DNA from: a virus
Taxonomy: Duplodnaviria; Heunggongvirae; Uroviricota; Caudoviricetes
IMG/VR virus record: IMGVR_UViG_2695420540_000012
DNA: 10,660 bases
Strand: one strand, 5' to 3'
Shown here piece by piece: positions 7,889-10,660 of the stretch. The position numbers and the translations under genes are program-made. How positions within the stretch are numbered: the first letter of the stretch is position 1; each line of letters opens with the position of its first letter. The notes under the pieces are model-generated. The model was not told the DNA's origin and ran no database searches. It was given only the letters and a program-made list of their open reading frames with translations.

Positions 7889-8314
7889 TCAATGTACTGC
7901 CACAGCATTTCCTGCCGGGCCACCACGGTTCATCTGATTGAAACCGGCGATTGCCACTGCGACAAAATCATCAGCGTCTCTCACCAGTCGTTCATGCGTC
8001 TCCACCAGTTCCCGAAAATAAGCTGAACTGTGGCTGCGCATTCGAGCCACCAGCGGAGGTGGCATTGCCCTTTCGATCGCAGGTAACAACGCCTGAATTT
8101 TTTCAACAGCGTCAGGGGTGTCTTTATCCAGCCAACGGAAAATCTTTTGGGTGTTGAGATAAAGCGTGTTGTGCTTGCTGTCGTTATGCAGAACCGGAAA
8201 CGTCATTCCCAGTTCGAAATAAACCCTGGTTATTTCAGCTGCCGGAACTTTTTCACCGTCCGGATGCGCCCAGGCTTTCATCGCCATGCGGATGTGTTCA
8301 TGCTTGATTTTCAT
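7889..8314 (-). CDS. CII-like / YdaT-family prophage regulator (141 aa)
   Basis: N-terminus MKIKHEHI matches what I recall of Rac YdaT. Its ATG overlaps the stop of the upstream Cro-like gene in an ATGA overlap at 8311-8314, and it sits between the Cro-like and initiator genes as in Rac (ydaS-ydaT-ydaU-ydaV). Confidence 0.55.
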   Translation of the reverse strand: MKIKHEHIRMAMKAWAHPDGEKVPAAEITRVYFELGMTFPVLHNDSKHNTLYLNTQKIFRWLDKDTPDAVEKIQALLPAIERAMPPPLVARMRSHSSAYFRELVETHERLVRDADDFVAVAIAGFNQMNRGGPAGNAVAVH

Positions 8315-8574
8315 GAATCAACCCCCGCCGATGGTTGTGTGTTAGCCTGAAACTCAGCAGGCAAGCCGTCAGTTGGGTTGGGGTAGGTTTTACTGTCAAT
8401 CTCATGTGGGGTCACCACCCATCCCGTTGCTTCACACCAACGTAATATTTTTTCTCCTGTAAGTTTTGCACGCCCCGTTATAACGTGGCTGACCATCCCT
8501 TGGGATGCGCCAACAATCTCAGCAAATGAACTCTGGGTTATATGAAAATGATGCAAATATTCTCCAAGATTCAT
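8311..8574 (-). CDS. Cro-like HTH regulator (YdaS/Cro family), 87 aa from the ATG at 8572-8574
   Basis: Helix-turn-helix ITQSSFAEIVGASQGMVSHVITGRAKLTGEKI. Transcribed divergently from the repressor across the operator region. The track's longer ORF begins at a TTG (8601); the ATG has a GGGCGG purine patch upstream. Confidence 0.7.
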   Translation of the reverse strand: MNLGEYLHHFHITQSSFAEIVGASQGMVSHVITGRAKLTGEKILRWCEATGWVVTPHEIDSKTYPNPTDGLPAEFQANTQPSAGVDS

Positions 8575-8610
8575 AATCCGCCCTATGTGATGTGTTACCA
8601 ATGCATAATT

Positions 8611-8650
8611 AATAGCACTGTTATTTTTAAAAGTAAATAGTGATGCTATT
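8611..8650. promoter_or_regulatory. OR-like operator pair with divergent promoters
   Basis: Two 15-bp imperfect palindromes, AATAGCACTGTTATT (8611-8625) and AATAGTGATGCTATT (8636-8650), consensus AATAGC-N3-GCTATT. On the minus strand TTTACT (-35-like) and TATTAAT (-10-like) overlap them. Confidence 0.6.
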
Positions 8651-8685
8651 TCAAAGTGATTAGCAATCTTATTAGAATTGGATGT

Positions 8686-9186
8686 ATGAAAAGAAAATCA
8701 TTGTCAGACACCGACCTCAACGCCGCCAGAAGACTGAAAGAAATCTGGATGGCAAAGAAATCTCAGTTGGGATTGACTCAGGAACGTGCGGCGGAAATTA
8801 TGGGGTTTTCAACACAAGGGGCGGTAAGTCACTACCTAAATGGTCAAACCCCACTAAACCTTGAGGCTGTTCTAAAGTTTGCTGGCTTACTGAAAGTTCC
8901 CCCTGAGTCAATCAGGCCAGACATGGTAGATTTGCTGCAAATTGCAAGGATGTATTGTCGAGAACCACAGCAAGATAACATAGTCGCATTACCAGCAGAC
9001 ACAGAACAAACAGAGGATGAACTACCGTTTGCCGTAGAGCCGATGGAACGAGATTTAATCCATACGTTCAGAGCTTTTCCGAAAGAAGATCAAGAACACA
9101 TGCTTCAGGAGATGAAAGATAAAAAAGAATCAATGGATCGTACGGTTGCGCGGTGGTTAGCTGCACAAAAAGGCCGTCGCGCCTAA
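8686..9186 (+). CDS. Prophage repressor, XRE/CI-type HTH (RacR/CI analogue); start could instead be GTG at 8656
   Basis: Helix-turn-helix LGLTQERAAEIMGFSTQGAVSHYLNGQ. Sits divergent to the Cro-like gene. No LexA/S24-type G-x-S-M ... K peptidase motif is visible in the C-terminal half. Confidence 0.7.
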   Translation: MKRKSLSDTDLNAARRLKEIWMAKKSQLGLTQERAAEIMGFSTQGAVSHYLNGQTPLNLEAVLKFAGLLKVPPESIRPDMVDLLQIARMYCREPQQDNIVALPADTEQTEDELPFAVEPMERDLIHTFRAFPKEDQEHMLQEMKDKKESMDRTVARWLAAQKGRRA

Positions 9187-9205
9187 ATCAGAGGAGATAT
9201 GTAAA

Positions 9206-9400
9206 ATGAGTACAGTCCTTTCCCCAATGGTTTCAGAATTTGAGACAGTTGAGCAAGAAAATAGTTACAACGAATGGCTGCGGGCCAAAGTAGCAGCAAG
9301 CCTCGCGGATCCCCGCCCGGCGATTCCGCATGATGAGGTAATGGCGGAAATGGAACAAATTATTGCCCAAATTGCTGCTGCAACTCACAGAGGTGAATAA
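9206..9400 (+). CDS. Putative type II antitoxin (ParD-type partner of the ParE/RelE toxin), 64 aa
   Basis: Shine-Dalgarno GAGGAG 9 nt upstream. Small acidic protein whose TAA stop overlaps the toxin ATG (TAATG at 9398-9402). Family assignment is by context and general resemblance only. Confidence 0.55.
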   Translation: MSTVLSPMVSEFETVEQENSYNEWLRAKVAASLADPRPAIPHDEVMAEMEQIIAQIAAATHRGE

Positions 9401-9690
9401 TGTTACCCGTTTTATGGCTACCATCTGCTCGTGATGATTTGCGCCAGATCGTAGCCTACATAGCTAAAGAAAATCCCGCGGCAGCACGCAGAATGAAAAT
9501 TCGAATTGAAACATCCGTTTTGCCGCTCACAGAGCATCCTTACCTGTATCCTCCAAGCGAGCGAGTTCTTGGTCTTCGTGAAATTGTAACTCATCCTAAC
9601 TACATCATCCTTTACCGAGTAACAGCATCAAGCATAGAAGTAGTAAATATTGTGCATTCTCGAAGACAGTATCCAGGCAAAAACAGTTAA
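9400..9690 (+). CDS. ParE/RelE-family type II toxin (96 aa)
   Basis: Family-typical pattern: N-terminal DDLRQIVAYIAKENPAAARRM and C-terminal LREIVTHPNYIILYRVTASSIEVVNIVHSRRQY. Translationally coupled to the upstream antitoxin. Confidence 0.75.
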   Translation: MLPVLWLPSARDDLRQIVAYIAKENPAAARRMKIRIETSVLPLTEHPYLYPPSERVLGLREIVTHPNYIILYRVTASSIEVVNIVHSRRQYPGKNS

Positions 9691-9706
9691 TTATTCCCGC
9701 CGACAG

Positions 9707-9728
9707 AACCACCTTAGGGTGGTTTTTT
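9707..9728 (+). terminator. Rho-independent terminator after the repressor/antitoxin/toxin genes
   Basis: Stem AACCACC / GGTGGTT with loop TTAG, followed by a six-T run. Confidence 0.6.
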
Positions 9729-9746
9729 CTTGCCCCAACAAAAAAC

Positions 9747-9787
9747 AATAGCGATGCTATTTACATCAAAAAAATAATGATGCTATT
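9747..9787. promoter_or_regulatory. OL-like operator pair with a rightward promoter
   Basis: AATAGCGATGCTATT (9747-9761, perfect 6-3-6 palindrome) and AATAATGATGCTATT (9773-9787), same consensus as the 8611-8650 pair. TTTACA (9760-9765) and TATTGT (9784-9789) with an 18-bp spacer overlap them. Confidence 0.55.
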
Positions 9788-9968
9788 GTTTCAGGCGTCA
9801 ACCCACCCCGCCCCACAGAATGCAGGGCAATACTTCGAGTTACCAGACAGTGGTCAGGGGTTAAGTAGCCAGCCCGAGGCGTAAGAACATGACGGCAGGG
9901 TTCAATCTTTAACTATGCAGCAGGTTTTTTGTTCCGCCACCCCGGCGTTAAGGGGAAATGAGGTCAGC

Positions 9969-10121
9969 ATGGATACTATCGATCTTGGCAACAACGAATC
10001 TCTGGTGTGCGGCGTGTTCCCTAACCAGGATGGAACGTTTACCGCCATGACGTATACCAAAAGCAAAACGTTTAAAACCGAATCTGGCGCGCGTTGCTGG
10101 TTAGCCAGAAACACTGACTGA
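9969..10121 (+). CDS. Small prophage early protein (50 aa), Rac YdaG/YdaF-like
   Basis: GAGG 7 nt upstream of the ATG. MDTIDLGNNESLVCGVFPNQDGTFTAMTYTKSKTFK resembles what I recall of the small Rac proteins next to racR. Confidence 0.5.
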   Translation: MDTIDLGNNESLVCGVFPNQDGTFTAMTYTKSKTFKTESGARCWLARNTD

Positions 10122-10132
10122 TGAGGCTGACG

Positions 10133-10498
10133 ATGGAATTTAAAGATTTACCGTCTGATGTACAGAAAACAGCAGCTCATACATTGCATTCTGTGCTGCG
10201 AGAAATCGGGAAAGATATTGCAAGCGAGCCAGCAAAAGATCTGGCCCGGAAAATCAAGACCGCTTTCGTTGAGCTTTATAATGTTGGCACTGACTCTGAA
10301 ACTGTCGAGACCAAGACCGTAAGTTCACCAATATTCTCACTTGAGCCAAGCGTATTATCAGGTGAAATATGCACCGAGATTTCCAGCGAACTGCTTCCGG
10401 TAATACGAGAAGCAATTCGCCGTCGCGGTTTGGATGGAAGTTATGATCATGACGTTCTGCAAGTTCTCAGGACAATGGTGACTTCACTGGGGATTTGA
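10133..10498 (+). CDS. Hypothetical prophage protein (121 aa from MEFKDL)
   Basis: GAGG 7 nt upstream of the ATG at 10133. Acidic, no recognisable motifs. An alternative ATG at 10121 overlaps the upstream stop. Confidence 0.45.
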   Translation: MEFKDLPSDVQKTAAHTLHSVLREIGKDIASEPAKDLARKIKTAFVELYNVGTDSETVETKTVSSPIFSLEPSVLSGEICTEISSELLPVIREAIRRRGLDGSYDHDVLQVLRTMVTSLGI

Positions 10499-10630
10499 TC
10501 CCTGCGTCCTCTAAGCTTTTGATATAGCGGTCCTCCAAGAAGCGGTAAATTTTGTCGAAATCATCTTTTCCCTCTGGTTTATTCAGAGGATTACAGGACC
10601 CGTAAGTAGCGGCATACATTTCAACCGTTT

Positions 10631-10660
10631 GGTAATGACTCCAACTTATTGATAGTGTTT
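10631..10660 (-). mobile_element. IS1 start (insB-proximal inverted-repeat end), same orientation as the other two copies; element continues beyond the window
   Basis: Bases 10631-10660 are identical to 3776-3805 (ggtaatgactccaacttattgatagtgttt). Confidence 0.85.

Noticed and set aside
8656-8685. GTG start at 8656 for the repressor (track ORF 8656-9186)
   Set aside because: It would put the start 5 bp from the operator with no leader; the ATG at 8686 is preferred, though a leaderless GTG start is not excluded.
9898-9913. gggttcaatc resembling a tRNA T-arm
   Set aside because: No complementary stem, no acceptor stem or CCA context, so no cloverleaf can be drawn.
10499-10630. Possible minus-strand ORF fragment running in from the terminal IS1 (...MYAATYGSCNPLNKPEGKDDFDKIYRFLEDRYIKSLEDAGIKSP...)
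   Set aside because: About 55 codons, overlaps the 3' end of the 10133-10498 gene, and has no start or ribosome binding site within the window.

Overview
This window looks like an IS1-scrambled enterobacterial accessory region (Escherichia/Shigella-like, judged from IS1 and Rac-type prophage genes), not a single novel system. Three IS1 copies in direct orientation (tail at 1-31, complete copy at 3776-4543, head at 10631-10660) bracket two cargo segments. Segment A (32-3775) carries a translationally coupled Type II restriction-modification operon on the minus strand (N6-adenine methyltransferase 1263-3095, putative endonuclease 184-1266), a small zinc-ribbon protein gene, and an IS1-truncated toxin-like gene fragment. 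Segment B (4544-10630) is a lambdoid, Rac-like prophage immunity and replication module: two hypothetical genes, a DnaC-like helicase loader, an initiator gene with internal iterons, a CII/YdaT-like gene, a Cro-like gene, divergent operators, an HTH repressor, a ParE/RelE toxin-antitoxin pair co-oriented with the repressor, a terminator, a second operator pair and small early-left genes. Four N runs (3767-3775, 4859-4967, 6301-6643, 6651-6777) hide parts of several genes and one IS1 junction. No rRNA, tRNA or CRISPR array was seen. All protein-family calls are from motifs, remembered sequences and gene context, with no database search run.
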